64,000 nt of DNA, from positions 96,001 to 160,000 of the forward strand of contig JALVYU010000007.1 of NCBI GenBank assembly GCA_027022365.1, written 5' to 3'. The notes below the pieces were generated by a model. The model was not told the DNA's origin. It was given only the letters and a program-made list of their open reading frames with translations, and ran no database searches. The translations under genes and the position numbers were made by a program. Origin of the DNA: Desulfurococcales archaeon. GTDB taxonomy: Archaea > Thermoproteota > Thermoprotei_A > Sulfolobales > Desulfurococcaceae. Of this stretch, positions 17,793 to 28,127 are shown piece after piece. Position 1 is the stretch's first letter. Each line of letters starts with the position of its first letter.

Positions 17793-18962
17793 TTACCCTT
17801 TAACATGGATCTCAACAATATCGCCATCTTCCAGTATATGTTCAAGCCCTGTTCTTTCCCCAGGATACTTTGCGGAAGGTCCCCAGATCTTAGCGTACTT
17901 AAAGTTTTTCACGAAGCTCTTATGGATTAGACGGGCAACGTCATATACAGTTGATCCTCTAGGAAGAACGAGAGGCTTATCTGCAACTGGGCCGTTTGGT
18001 TGCTTAGTATACACTCTTATAAGATCAAGCAGTTTGAACAATATTTTACCTAGATCTTCAAATCCTTTTCCAAGCTTTGCTGAGCCTATAATTATCGGTG
18101 TTGAGGGTGTGATCTCGTGAAGCCTATATGCTGCCTCCCTTGCCCTCGCTAGATTGATATCTGCCTTATTGATTATTATTATGCTAGGCTTATACACTCT
18201 GCTCTCGAAGATCGCTTGTTCGACGTCGTCAAGCGATACTTCGCCATATATTTTGACATGAGCACTATATATCCTGTATTCCTCGAGTAGTTTCCGCACA
18301 TCATCTATTGTTCCATCCAATAACCGGCCCATCAGTGTAACTCTTATGCCTGTCTTCCCAAGCCTTTCTTTTTCTATGACGACCCTGCCTCGAGGCTTGT
18401 AGAGGAGTATTCCAGATTCCTCAAACATTCTTCTGAGCTCCAAGTAGTCTTTGACAGGATCACGTGTTACATCCAGCACTATTATGACGGCGTCAGCATT
18501 CCTCACAAGCCCTATGACCCTGTTGTTCCATGGCCCCCCATTGCTCATAATCGGCGGTGTATCGACGAGCTGGAAATATATATCCTTATACTGGAGCATG
18601 CCGGGCACAGGAAACCTTGTTGACATAGGATAATCCGCTATGCGTGTTCTGGCACCAGTAAGTGTTTTGACGAGGAGACTTTTCCCGGTATTTGGCGGGC
18701 CAACAATCACTGCTTGTGCAGCACCTTCCTTTTCGACGAAGAAGCTGATTCCTCTACCGATCTTCTTCCGTCTCCTCTCTTCAATCTCTTCTCGGAGCTC
18801 CGCAAGTCTCCTCGTCGCCCATAGCCTGAGATTAGCTGTTCCCTTGTGTTTAGGCACAGCTGCGAGAAATTCCTCAAGAGCCCTGATCTTCTCCTCGGGG
18901 GTTTTCGCCTCCATAACCTTTATCCATTTAGCTCTTGCCTCTGCAGGGAGATTAGCGGGCAC
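17793..18962 (-). CDS. DRG/OBG-family GTPase with TGS domain
   Basis: PKHKGT, GPPNTGKS, DTPP and NKAD motifs; TGS tail 'LEDGDIVEI'. Confidence 0.92.
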   Translation of the reverse strand: MPANLPAEARAKWIKVMEAKTPEEKIRALEEFLAAVPKHKGTANLRLWATRRLAELREEIEERRRKKIGRGISFFVEKEGAAQAVIVGPPNTGKSLLVKTLTGARTRIADYPMSTRFPVPGMLQYKDIYFQLVDTPPIMSNGGPWNNRVIGLVRNADAVIIVLDVTRDPVKDYLELRRMFEESGILLYKPRGRVVIEKERLGKTGIRVTLMGRLLDGTIDDVRKLLEEYRIYSAHVKIYGEVSLDDVEQAIFESRVYKPSIIIINKADINLARAREAAYRLHEITPSTPIIIGSAKLGKGFEDLGKILFKLLDLIRVYTKQPNGPVADKPLVLPRGSTVYDVARLIHKSFVKNFKYAKIWGPSAKYPGERTGLEHILEDGDIVEIHVKG

Positions 18963-18986
18963 TCAGATCACCGATTCCCATCCTTA

Positions 18987-19718
18987 TTATTGTCTCGGGA
19001 TAATGTAGTCGAGAATGCTTTTCTGGGCTGTTTTCTCTCTTAGAGGCTTGGCCCGCTTCTTAATAAACCAGGAAGGTGCTAATGAGCTTAGCGTCGTCCA
19101 GGTCCGCCTAACCATTCTAGGTGGCGGACTCTCTTTGTTCTTATATTCTATGACTATCCATTCTCTGGTTTTAGGATCAGATGGGTAGCCGCTGCCAAAA
19201 TCACCTAATAGTCTACGGGCTGGCTTAAGGTTTAAATCTCTAATATATTTGGCAACTATACTTGCGGCCGATACGACGATGTATTTCGAGTCAGCCCTTG
19301 GCTCGACAATTAACTTGGCGTTTGGAGCTATCTCCTTTATCTTTCCGGAAAGGACTTTCTGCCAACCCTTTATTTCATCTATAATAATACTTGTGATCTT
19401 TTTTCCTCCTATGATTAGTGATATGATCTTGAGGAGATAAATTATTCTCTCAAGGAGGAGCTTGTTCAAGTTAAAACTATCTATTTCCTCCGGGGTTATG
19501 TGGCTGGACACTATAATTACACTATTTTCGATTATCGGGAGAAATAACTGAGCCCTTATATGGGGATTAAGCTCCTTGCTGTCCTTAACCCTCAGCTCCT
19601 TGAGTTTTTCAAGAGCTTGGTTTTCAAACACTGCTGCAACGAGGATCATATCTCCTATTATTGGTCCTCTTCCAGCCTCGTCTATTCCCACGATCAGGCC
19701 ATGTATATCTTTGCCCAT
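18987..19718 (-). CDS. rnhB: Ribonuclease HII
   Basis: GIDEAGRG, DSK, AASIVAK and GSGYPSDP motifs; C-terminal PIP box QKSILDYI. Confidence 0.95.
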   Translation of the reverse strand: MGKDIHGLIVGIDEAGRGPIIGDMILVAAVFENQALEKLKELRVKDSKELNPHIRAQLFLPIIENSVIIVSSHITPEEIDSFNLNKLLLERIIYLLKIISLIIGGKKITSIIIDEIKGWQKVLSGKIKEIAPNAKLIVEPRADSKYIVVSAASIVAKYIRDLNLKPARRLLGDFGSGYPSDPKTREWIVIEYKNKESPPPRMVRRTWTTLSSLAPSWFIKKRAKPLREKTAQKSILDYIIPRQ

Positions 19719-20551
19719 GAAATTGCATCACCAATATTCTTAGCAATAGTGTTCAAATTAACCCTCAAATTTTTGCTTCTAAAAACTTCAAATACTATGT
19801 TTTTCGGCCCTAGTTTCGATATTATTTTAAATACTTGTTTAAAGTCAAGAAATCCTTCTCCTATAAGCAGGTGTTCACGGCCGTGTTCGTCAACGTCATG
19901 TACATGTATAACGGGCACACTGATCCCGCTAATGGACTCTACAACATCTTTTAGATAAGTATAGAAGTCGTCATAATATCCTGAAAGATACCTCTTGTAC
20001 CTACTTGCTAGATGACCTATGTCTAGACATAGTCCAGCATGGTCAAGGCCTTCAAGGGTTACGGCTAGATCTCCTGGTTCAGCACCTATTCCTCCAGCTA
20101 GGTTTTCGACAACGATCATTACGTTATGACTACCGAGATTTAGCCTCCGTGTGAGCTCCTTTATGTTTTCTCTGAATCTAGTTAATGCTTCTTTTCGGTT
20201 ATCAGATATGTCAAGACGTTGCATAGTTAGAGGGTGAACAACTATATACGATGCTACCTCGCTGACTAGATCACTAACTGATCTTAATACAACTTCTATC
20301 GATGCTTTACCTATTTCTTCATAAGGTGACGCTAGAATAATATCTCTCCACGGTGCATGGAGATTAATATGCATGTTATTTTGTTTTGCCAGCGCAATCA
20401 TCTTCTGTAGCTTGCACGATTCTTTGAATGGCCACGGATAATCAATAGAAAGTTCTATCATGTTAACTCCATGCGCTAGGAGACTGTTGAGACCACTAAC
20501 TAGATCCTCGCTTATGTTGCCTAACCAGATAGGTACACCGACGTCGATCAA
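19694..20551 (-). CDS. Sugar phosphate isomerase/AP-endonuclease-2 TIM-barrel protein
   Basis: LHAP, VEN, DIGH, HVHD, HLLIGEG and FE motifs. Confidence 0.8.
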   Translation of the reverse strand: MIDVGVPIWLGNISEDLVSGLNSLLAHGVNMIELSIDYPWPFKESCKLQKMIALAKQNNMHINLHAPWRDIILASPYEEIGKASIEVVLRSVSDLVSEVASYIVVHPLTMQRLDISDNRKEALTRFRENIKELTRRLNLGSHNVMIVVENLAGGIGAEPGDLAVTLEGLDHAGLCLDIGHLASRYKRYLSGYYDDFYTYLKDVVESISGISVPVIHVHDVDEHGREHLLIGEGFLDFKQVFKIISKLGPKNIVFEVFRSKNLRVNLNTIAKNIGDAISWAKIYMA

Positions 20552-20559
20552 CGGTTTTA

Positions 20560-20898
20560 TTACACCACCCTTTGTATTTTGTTCTTCTTAGCTATACGTA
20601 GTATATATTCAATAGGCTTAGAATTACCAATAACGATTATTCTGTCAGGTCTATTCAATACAAAGAGTTTCAGAGCATTTTCTTCAGGGAAATTCTCGTT
20701 GAACACATAATACCTTATTTTGGGAGCTACTTTCCTTAAAGCTCCGACCATTCTGCCTACACTCGATGCATTGATTCGATCCGTTATCACTATTATTTCG
20801 GAATTTTTATGTGACAGTATTACTCTCTTCAACTCATCATTAACGTTCTTCCCACCTATCAATACCATTATTATCTTTCCGTTCATACATATCATCAC
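20560..20898 (-). CDS. Hypothetical protein
   Basis: 112-aa ORF co-oriented with its neighbours. Confidence 0.55.
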   Translation of the reverse strand: MMICMNGKIIMVLIGGKNVNDELKRVILSHKNSEIIVITDRINASSVGRMVGALRKVAPKIRYYVFNENFPEENALKLFVLNRPDRIIVIGNSKPIEYILRIAKKNKIQRVV

Positions 20899-21006
20899 TC
20901 AATCGATTTTCCTGAACAACATTATATTTAAAGGAACGTTATAGGGGATAGAAGTAATCTTTAATAAAACTCATTCTACCGAAGAAACAATTAAGGGGGG
21001 AGAGCG

Positions 21007-21387
21007 ATGATAGACGAGCTCATAAAATTCCTAAAAGATAAGGACTTAGAGGTAAAGAAGCAGAAAGGAACTATCAGGGCTACCCATCAATCACTACCTG
21101 TAACATTAGTTATAACGCTACGTGAGAAAAACAGGACTGCAAAGATATCGATCGAACCTGGCGATGACCTATCAGACGTTCTTGCTGATCTTATTGAAAG
21201 CGGTGAAGATGTAGAAATACTTGTAGACGATGTTTTGAGCGAGATCAGGGACATAGCAATCGAGGCAGGACAGCTACTGGAAAAGATGGGATATAAGGTT
21301 GAATGGGCGCTAAGAGAAGGCGAGAATGATGTGAGAGATGCTCTTGAAGATGTGCTTGAAGAATATGAGTTCGAAGAGGAAGAATAG
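21007..21387 (+). CDS. Hypothetical acidic protein
   Basis: 126 aa; TATA-like element and SD upstream. Confidence 0.7.
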   Translation: MIDELIKFLKDKDLEVKKQKGTIRATHQSLPVTLVITLREKNRTAKISIEPGDDLSDVLADLIESGEDVEILVDDVLSEIRDIAIEAGQLLEKMGYKVEWALREGENDVRDALEDVLEEYEFEEEE

Positions 21388-21527
21388 ATGTAGATAGTGT
21401 TTTTAAGACTAGTATGTTTTCGCAGTTCAAAATATCCTATACTGTGAGTCATGTTTTTATTGGTAAATACTATGATATACGACCTTGGTAGTAGCGATTC
21501 TTGTTTAAAACACTTACTAAGGGGTGA

Positions 21528-22907
21528 ATGATCATGGGAAAGCTTTTCGGAACAGATGGAGTACGTGGAATAGTTAACAAAGACATGACGCCAGAACTAG
21601 CCCTTAGACTAGGACGTGCTATAGGGACGTTCTTTGGTCCTGGGAAAAAGCTCCTTGTCGGCAGGGACATTAGGGTAGGCGGGGAAATGATAAAGGCTGC
21701 TGTGATCTCTGGCCTTCTAAGCACTGGTGTCCATGTATACGATGCTGGCTTAGCGCCCACGCCTGCCATACAATATGTTGTCAAAAAGAGAGGATTCGAC
21801 GGTGGAGTAATAATAACGGCAAGTCATAACCCACCAGAATACAATGGTATAAAAGTGATCTGGCATGACGGAATAGAGCTTCCACGAGATAAGGAGAAAG
21901 AGGTTGAAGAAATATATTTTGAGGGAAGATTCAATAGTGTCTCATGGCGGGAAGTGCCCCGCGAAGTAAAGATATTCCCGTATGTCAACGACATATATGT
22001 TGATGCGGTCGTCAAACATGTAGATGCGGAGCTAATAAGGAAAAGAGGCTTCACAATAGTTATTGACCCCGCAAACAGTGTCGGAGCACTAACATCTTCT
22101 AGAATAGCCCAGAAGCTAGGTGTGAAGGTAATCACAATTAATGGGGATCTCAACCCATTATTCCCCGGGAGAAAACCCGAGCCTACACCAGAAAATCTTG
22201 AATCAACCGCTAAAGCGGTAGCATCTATGGGTGTGGATTTCGGTCTTGCTCATGATGGTGATGCCGATAGAGCAATAGTTATCGACGATAAGGGCAGGGT
22301 CCAATGGGGCGACAGAACGGCAATTCTACTAGCTAGATACCTGCTCGAGAAACACCCCGACTTTCCAAGGAAAGTATATACGGCAGTGTCTTCAAGTACG
22401 TTGATCGAGAATGTTCTGAGACCCTATGGCGTAGAAGTCGTGTGGCTAAAGGTAGGCGCCATAGACATTGCCAGAGAAATGCAGAGACGTGGCGACGCGC
22501 TTTGTGGATTCGAGGAGAACGGCGGATTCATGTATCCGCCGCACCAGCTTGTAAGAGATGGTGGAATGACGCTGGCTCTGCTTCTCGAAATGCTAGCCAA
22601 GGATAAGAGAAGGATATCAGAGCTATACGACGAGCTACCACAGTGGCACTTGATAAAGACAAAGATACATATGGATAGACAAACAGCGCTAAAAGTCGTG
22701 GAGAGGGTGAAAGAGCATTTTAAGAACTATAGGCTCATAACGATCGATGGAGTCAAGGTAATTGCGGATGATTTCTGGCTATTAGTAAGACCGAGCGGGA
22801 CGGAGCCTTTGCTGAGAATAATGCTTGAAGCAAAGAATAAAGAGTTAGCTGAAGAACTACTAGAAACGGTTAAATCATTGATCGGTGAGGTGCTTGGAAA
22901 ACAATGA
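21528..22907 (+). CDS. glmM: Phosphohexomutase (phosphoglucosamine mutase / PMM-PGM)
   Basis: FGTDGVRG, TASHNP, DGDADR and RPSGTEP motifs. Confidence 0.88.
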   Translation: MIMGKLFGTDGVRGIVNKDMTPELALRLGRAIGTFFGPGKKLLVGRDIRVGGEMIKAAVISGLLSTGVHVYDAGLAPTPAIQYVVKKRGFDGGVIITASHNPPEYNGIKVIWHDGIELPRDKEKEVEEIYFEGRFNSVSWREVPREVKIFPYVNDIYVDAVVKHVDAELIRKRGFTIVIDPANSVGALTSSRIAQKLGVKVITINGDLNPLFPGRKPEPTPENLESTAKAVASMGVDFGLAHDGDADRAIVIDDKGRVQWGDRTAILLARYLLEKHPDFPRKVYTAVSSSTLIENVLRPYGVEVVWLKVGAIDIAREMQRRGDALCGFEENGGFMYPPHQLVRDGGMTLALLLEMLAKDKRRISELYDELPQWHLIKTKIHMDRQTALKVVERVKEHFKNYRLITIDGVKVIADDFWLLVRPSGTEPLLRIMLEAKNKELAEELLETVKSLIGEVLGKQ

Positions 22908-23329
22908 TGCGCTACTGGGCGCTAGACCTTATACGGTGCCTTGGCTGTAAACACTATCCTTTGGAAATAATTGTTTTCGAGAAAGAAATTCAAGAGAATA
23001 TTGATACTTCCGATATTGAGAAACCTCTCTGTAAGAACTACTGTGCATATAAGAGACAACCAGTAAAACCGGGCATGGAATACCCTTGTGATGAATGCTT
23101 GAAAATAGGGATAAAGACCGGCATTATCTATTGTCCAAAATGCCTTAGATGGTACCCCATACGTGATGGCATACTCATAATGTTGCCTGATAGGAAGAGA
23201 AAGAAAGCATCTGATATCGAGTTCCTACGTGCATATGCTGACAAGATACCGAAATATATTCTCCGAGAAGGAAAACCGTATAATCTATTATCCGAGACAA
23301 GTGTTGCCTCGGATGAAGGAACCCAATAA
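22904..23329 (+). CDS. Trm112-like methyltransferase activator
   Basis: 'LDLIRCLGCKHYPL' and 'GIIYCPKCLRWYPIRDGILIML'. Confidence 0.85.
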   Translation: MMRYWALDLIRCLGCKHYPLEIIVFEKEIQENIDTSDIEKPLCKNYCAYKRQPVKPGMEYPCDECLKIGIKTGIIYCPKCLRWYPIRDGILIMLPDRKRKKASDIEFLRAYADKIPKYILREGKPYNLLSETSVASDEGTQ

Positions 23330-23376
23330 TTCTTTTAAAGTATACAGAATAAGAAATCTATTATCAAAAATCGTTC

Positions 23377-23781
23377 GTGGTGCAAATAATGAGTGTGCCT
23401 TTCCAAAATCTTGAGGCATGGGTTAAGAGGCAGAAGGAGATCATTGAGAGCTTCAAAAAAGCTGAGCAAGGATATGAGGAAGCGGATAGACTTGAGCTAA
23501 TAATAATGACGAGACAAGCCTTTCAACACATGATGAGAACGGTTCAGGCATTCGATCAGTGGTTACAGGAGCCGATGGTTATCAGTCATATGCCTCGTGA
23601 AATGCTTGTGGAACTATGGAGTACTCTGAGGAATATATTCTATGGTCTCTTGGAACTAGATGTTAAACATACATCTGAATTTGCGGAACATATCAAAAGA
23701 TTGTCTGAGGAAGGAAAGCTCAACCCGATATTGACGATCGGGAAGTCGGAGGAAAGGAGATTCTATCCGACATCGATATAG
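23377..23781 (+). CDS. DUF2153-family protein
   Basis: 'DRLELI..RQAFQHMMRT..AFDQWLQEP' motif. Confidence 0.8.
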   Translation: MVQIMSVPFQNLEAWVKRQKEIIESFKKAEQGYEEADRLELIIMTRQAFQHMMRTVQAFDQWLQEPMVISHMPREMLVELWSTLRNIFYGLLELDVKHTSEFAEHIKRLSEEGKLNPILTIGKSEERRFYPTSI

Positions 23782-23870
23782 CCGTTGTTGATTAAAACAA
23801 GATTTATTAGAAATATGCAGGAAAGGGTATGCTGATAGACTAATAATGATTATTTAACACAGTTCTAGCG

Positions 23871-24347
23871 TTAGAAAAGCCTCCTCCTTCTCCTACGAGG
23901 CCTAGACATTAACTCTACTTCGGCATCTATTGGAGCTATCTTGACTCGAAGCTCTTCAACGAGTTTTCTAATTTGGTCTTTTTCATCATCATTTATGTAT
24001 TTGCTTCCCTCTTTCTCTAAGAATTCCTTACCTAGACTTGTTACTACTAGTTTTCTTCTGGGATTTGTCTCTAGGAGGCCTACGTATCTCAGCGCCAAGG
24101 TATCGTTTAGAATTTCTTTGCTTGATGGTACTGTTCCAAGCATCACGAACTTGTATCCTAGATCATAGCCTTCCTCTTTCATGTAGTAGAGAAGATACTG
24201 GAGAGCTTTTTCGCTTATTCCGCCAGTGACGCTTATTATGTATAGGAGCTTCACTTTTCTCGGGTCTTTCTTTATATCATCAATCGTTATCACGTGTCGT
24301 GTAATTATCTTGAGTTCTTTAGATTTTGAGGGTTTTGACATCTTCAC
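23871..24347 (-). CDS. Conserved winged-helix-like protein
   Basis: 'LGYKF...VPSS..L..L...GLL...VTSLGKEFL' pattern; Arg-rich tail. Confidence 0.65.
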   Translation of the reverse strand: MKMSKPSKSKELKIITRHVITIDDIKKDPRKVKLLYIISVTGGISEKALQYLLYYMKEEGYDLGYKFVMLGTVPSSKEILNDTLALRYVGLLETNPRRKLVVTSLGKEFLEKEGSKYINDDEKDQIRKLVEELRVKIAPIDAEVELMSRPRRRRRRLF

Positions 24348-24416
24348 ACCCCATAAGCAAATCGCTTAGTCTTGTTTTAGTGATTAACCGGATTCTATAA
24401 AGATATTGTTCAAGGT

Positions 24417-25358
24417 TTAAATAATCCCTTTCGAAAGATTTTTTGCTTTGCTTATGAGGCGATTATATAGCTCGTTAATAACATCATCGCGTTTCTTCCC
24501 GTTCATAACCATAACATTAATCTTGTACATCAGGAGTTCTTTCCCCTTATCACCATAGAGTTTGGTAAAGTACTTGATTAGCTCTTCTAACTTGGATTTA
24601 AGCTCGGGCGACTCTTCACTCATAGTTATCTCCTCATGGATTTCCGTTGCTTCCTTTATGATATTCTTTATTCTTGCTCTGTTATATTCGGAGGATGAAG
24701 TCCTTATAATATTATAATATGAGAGGCTCACTGCTAGTAGGAGGAAATATATTATGCTTGAGTATATGGTCTGGCTCGATTCATTTAATGGGTATAGTAA
24801 GTCTAACCATACACCTATGAGCCCCCCTAGTATTAGGGAATAATATGCGAGTTTTAACCGGATAAATGAGAGTATAAATGTAGATGAGGCTAAAGCTGCG
24901 AGGAAAACAACGGGTAGAAATTCTCGACTCAACACTAACCTAGACAAGGCATCTGCTGCAAATATGAATACACCGGTATAAATTGGTGTGAGAAGACCGA
25001 TCATTGTCTTTAGTCTTTCCTTCTTGGTAACGGATTTATATTCGACGAGTAACCGCTTAATATCAGTCAAAAGAGAGAGTATTTCATCTACACCGAGGCT
25101 TTCTGACTTGACGATATATATTGTATTATTTATTTTTGCCAGAGTCCTAACTAAAACATCTATATACGGCCTAGTTATAACGAGCGGAGGACGTAGAAGT
25201 ACGAGTTCCTTATGGATTTTGAGAAGCTCATTTTTTGAGGCTCTCAATGAAGGGCTCCGAGAAATAAAGTCGTCAAGTAGTTTCAAGAGTTCTCTAGATT
25301 TATCTATCAGGAGTCTATGTATATACTCTAGATCGTCTGCCAGTCTCAATAATAACAC
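24417..25358 (-). CDS. Hypothetical membrane protein
   Basis: Four central TM segments flanked by soluble helices. Confidence 0.65.
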   Translation of the reverse strand: MLLLRLADDLEYIHRLLIDKSRELLKLLDDFISRSPSLRASKNELLKIHKELVLLRPPLVITRPYIDVLVRTLAKINNTIYIVKSESLGVDEILSLLTDIKRLLVEYKSVTKKERLKTMIGLLTPIYTGVFIFAADALSRLVLSREFLPVVFLAALASSTFILSFIRLKLAYYSLILGGLIGVWLDLLYPLNESSQTIYSSIIYFLLLAVSLSYYNIIRTSSSEYNRARIKNIIKEATEIHEEITMSEESPELKSKLEELIKYFTKLYGDKGKELLMYKINVMVMNGKKRDDVINELYNRLISKAKNLSKGII

Positions 25359-25435
25359 CTGTTGTTAATCAAGTAGTTATTCTGTAGAAATAAGCAATGA
25401 TATTTATTTCTGGCTAACAGACATGCTAAACTACG

Positions 25436-25505
25436 GATGATGTTGAGAGTTTTTGGGTCCGAGGCCTTAGGGGCTGGGGCCTATGAGGTATTCAGCGGCG
25501 ACTGA
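25436..25505 (+). ncRNA. Candidate box C/D sRNA
   Basis: C GATGATGT, D' CCGA 25459-25462, GGCC hairpin, C' ATGAGGT, guide, D CTGA 25502-25505. Confidence 0.55.
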
Positions 25506-25584
25506 CACTCAAATACATAGATTAGCTTCTCATAGATGAACCTCTTAAACCTCGATTGTTTTAGGATATATAGGGGGCGGGACA

Positions 25585-26934
25585 ATGTCGATCGAGATTA
25601 GAGTCGAGAGGCCGAAGAGAATAGGTGCTCATAGCCATATTAGGGGCCTTGGTCTAGATGAGAATGGTAAAGCGATCAAGGTTGCAGATGGGCTTGTCGG
25701 GCAGCTGAAAGCGAGAGAGGCTGCTGGAATAGTTGTAAAGATGATAAAAGAGGGCCGGATTGCTGGCCGAGGAATACTGTTCGTCGGCCCGCCCGGTACC
25801 GGTAAAACGGCCCTAGCTATAGCCATTGCTAGGGAGCTCGGTGAAGATACGCCATTTGTAGCTATGAGCGGATCGGAGATCTATAGTAGTGAGAAGAAGA
25901 AAACAGAGATTCTCATGGAGGCCTTGAGAAGAGCTATTGGTGTACGTGTTAGAGAAGAAAGGACGGTCTACGAGGGAGTTGTGGCATCAATAAAGGTTCG
26001 AAGGAGGAGGCACCCCCTCGTTCCCTACATGGCTATACCAGCAGAAACCAAGATCACTTTACGCACGAAAGACGAAGAACTCACACTCACTGTTGGCGAA
26101 GAAATAACAAGGCAGATCCTCGAGCTCGGTATCAAGAAAGGAGACCTTATATGGATAGACGCCGAAACAGGTAGAGTCTATCGAGTTGGCCGGGTGAAGG
26201 GAATAGAATCAGCCAGGTACTATGATATAGAGACATACAAGTACGTCGAGATGCCGAGCGGCCCAGTTAAGAAAAGAAAAGAAATAGTGCGAACCTTTAG
26301 CATACATGACCTGGATCTGGCAGTAGCCTCCCAGAGAGCACTAATAAGCTTCTTCACTCTAGGGGTTGAAAGAGAAATACCGCCCGAAGTTAGGAAAGAA
26401 GTAGATGAAATGATAAAGAAATGGGTCGACGAGAAAAAAGCAGAACTAGTTCCCGGAGTACTATTCATAGACGATGCACACATGCTCGATATTGAGGCAT
26501 TCAGTTTTCTCTCAAGGGCAATGGAGAACGAGTTCTCACCAATAATAATCCTAGCTACGAACAGGGGAATAGCAAAGATCAGGGGTACCGATCTAGAGTC
26601 GCCGCATGGAATGCCGCTTGATCTATTAGATAGGTTATTAATTATTCCGACAAAGCCCTACGAACCCGATGAAATAAGGGAAATCATAAAGATAAGAGCT
26701 AGTGAAGAAGGCATAAAGCTCGATGAAGGGGCGCTGGAAGAACTTGTCGCTGTTGGGAGTAAAACCAGCTTAAGATATGCCGTGCAGCTCCTTGAACCAG
26801 CGCGAATAATCGCTGAACGTAAAGGAAGAGACACCGTGAAGGCCGAAGATGTCATAGAGGCCAGAGAACTCTTCATAGACCTGAAGCAGAGCGTGAAGTA
26901 TCTGAAGGAATACGAAGAGAAGTTTCTAAAGTAA
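25585..26934 (+). CDS. TIP49/RuvBL-family AAA+ ATPase
   Basis: AHSHIRGLGL, GPPGTGKT, GVLFIDDAHMLD, ATNRG and SLRYA motifs. Confidence 0.93.
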   Translation: MSIEIRVERPKRIGAHSHIRGLGLDENGKAIKVADGLVGQLKAREAAGIVVKMIKEGRIAGRGILFVGPPGTGKTALAIAIARELGEDTPFVAMSGSEIYSSEKKKTEILMEALRRAIGVRVREERTVYEGVVASIKVRRRRHPLVPYMAIPAETKITLRTKDEELTLTVGEEITRQILELGIKKGDLIWIDAETGRVYRVGRVKGIESARYYDIETYKYVEMPSGPVKKRKEIVRTFSIHDLDLAVASQRALISFFTLGVEREIPPEVRKEVDEMIKKWVDEKKAELVPGVLFIDDAHMLDIEAFSFLSRAMENEFSPIIILATNRGIAKIRGTDLESPHGMPLDLLDRLLIIPTKPYEPDEIREIIKIRASEEGIKLDEGALEELVAVGSKTSLRYAVQLLEPARIIAERKGRDTVKAEDVIEARELFIDLKQSVKYLKEYEEKFLK

Positions 26935-26951
26935 GGAATATCCCTACAAAT

Positions 26952-28127
26952 ATGAATATAAGGCGGCCGTTATTGAGAGAAACAGAGATCATTCGAAAGC
27001 TATTGGAAATATACAATAAAACGCCAAAACATGATGATGGATACATACTCGGCTCAATGACCACTAAACCCGATAATATCGCTGTCTACGCATACAATCT
27101 TTTTATCCATACAAATGCTGGAGACACAAAAATCTTTCCTGCAATAGAGTACTTCAGCAAAGAAATCATAGATTTTATGTCTAGATTATACGGTAGATGC
27201 GCAGGCTTTGTTACAAGCGGTGGAACCGAATCGAATATAATAGCTCTCTACGTAGCGCGTGAGAAGACTAGAAGAAAAATCGTAGTAGCACCGGAAACCG
27301 CTCATCATTCTGTTATTTGGGCAGCTCATCTACTGGGTATGGAGATAAATAGTGTACCGGTCAACGATAACCATGTAGCAGATGCAATGCTGATCAATAG
27401 AATAGTGAAGAGTAAAAAAGATAAGATAGCGGCGATAGTATTAACGGCGGGAACGACTGAATGGGGAACAATTGATCCAATCGAAGAAGTTGCCAATATA
27501 GCACATAGGTACGGTATATACATGCATATTGACGCGGCTTACGGCGGGTTGTTTGTTCCTCTCCTTTATAAGAAGGGTTATATCAAAACTAATCTCAAGT
27601 TCTTCGATGGAGTTTCGAGTATATCTGTCGATTTCCATAAAAATGGGCTTTCCCCAATTCCTTCGGGTCTTATACTGTTTAAAGATGAAGAGCTATTGTC
27701 CTATGCTAGAAGAGAACTACCTTATACTCTCGGTAAATACCAGTATGGTCTTCTAGGCACGCGTCCAGGAGGCTCGGTAGCTGCAGTATGGGCTGTGATC
27801 AAGAAGCATGGTTTAGAAGGATATACCAATATTGCCAAGAGATGCCTCGATAACGCACTATACCTGTACGAAAAACTATCAAGAATCAACGATGTCATCG
27901 TATGGAAGCCCGTCCTACCCATAGTTGTGTTTAAACACAAAACCATTGAGTCGGAGGACTTACTTAACAATCTTCTAGTACACGGCTATTACATCTACAG
28001 GGCTCCCAGCATTGATGGGCTCAGAATAGTTGTTATGCCGCATGTTACCAGGGAACATATTGATAGATTCACCGAGGCCTTCATGAAGATCTTAAAAGAG
28101 AAAGCTGAGCAGGATAATAAGGGTTAG
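26952..28127 (+). CDS. mfnA: PLP-dependent group II decarboxylase (MfnA-type tyrosine/aspartate decarboxylase)
   Basis: ILGSM, SGGTESN, HIDAAYGG, DFHK and GTRPG motifs. Confidence 0.8.
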   Translation: MNIRRPLLRETEIIRKLLEIYNKTPKHDDGYILGSMTTKPDNIAVYAYNLFIHTNAGDTKIFPAIEYFSKEIIDFMSRLYGRCAGFVTSGGTESNIIALYVAREKTRRKIVVAPETAHHSVIWAAHLLGMEINSVPVNDNHVADAMLINRIVKSKKDKIAAIVLTAGTTEWGTIDPIEEVANIAHRYGIYMHIDAAYGGLFVPLLYKKGYIKTNLKFFDGVSSISVDFHKNGLSPIPSGLILFKDEELLSYARRELPYTLGKYQYGLLGTRPGGSVAAVWAVIKKHGLEGYTNIAKRCLDNALYLYEKLSRINDVIVWKPVLPIVVFKHKTIESEDLLNNLLVHGYYIYRAPSIDGLRIVVMPHVTREHIDRFTEAFMKILKEKAEQDNKG

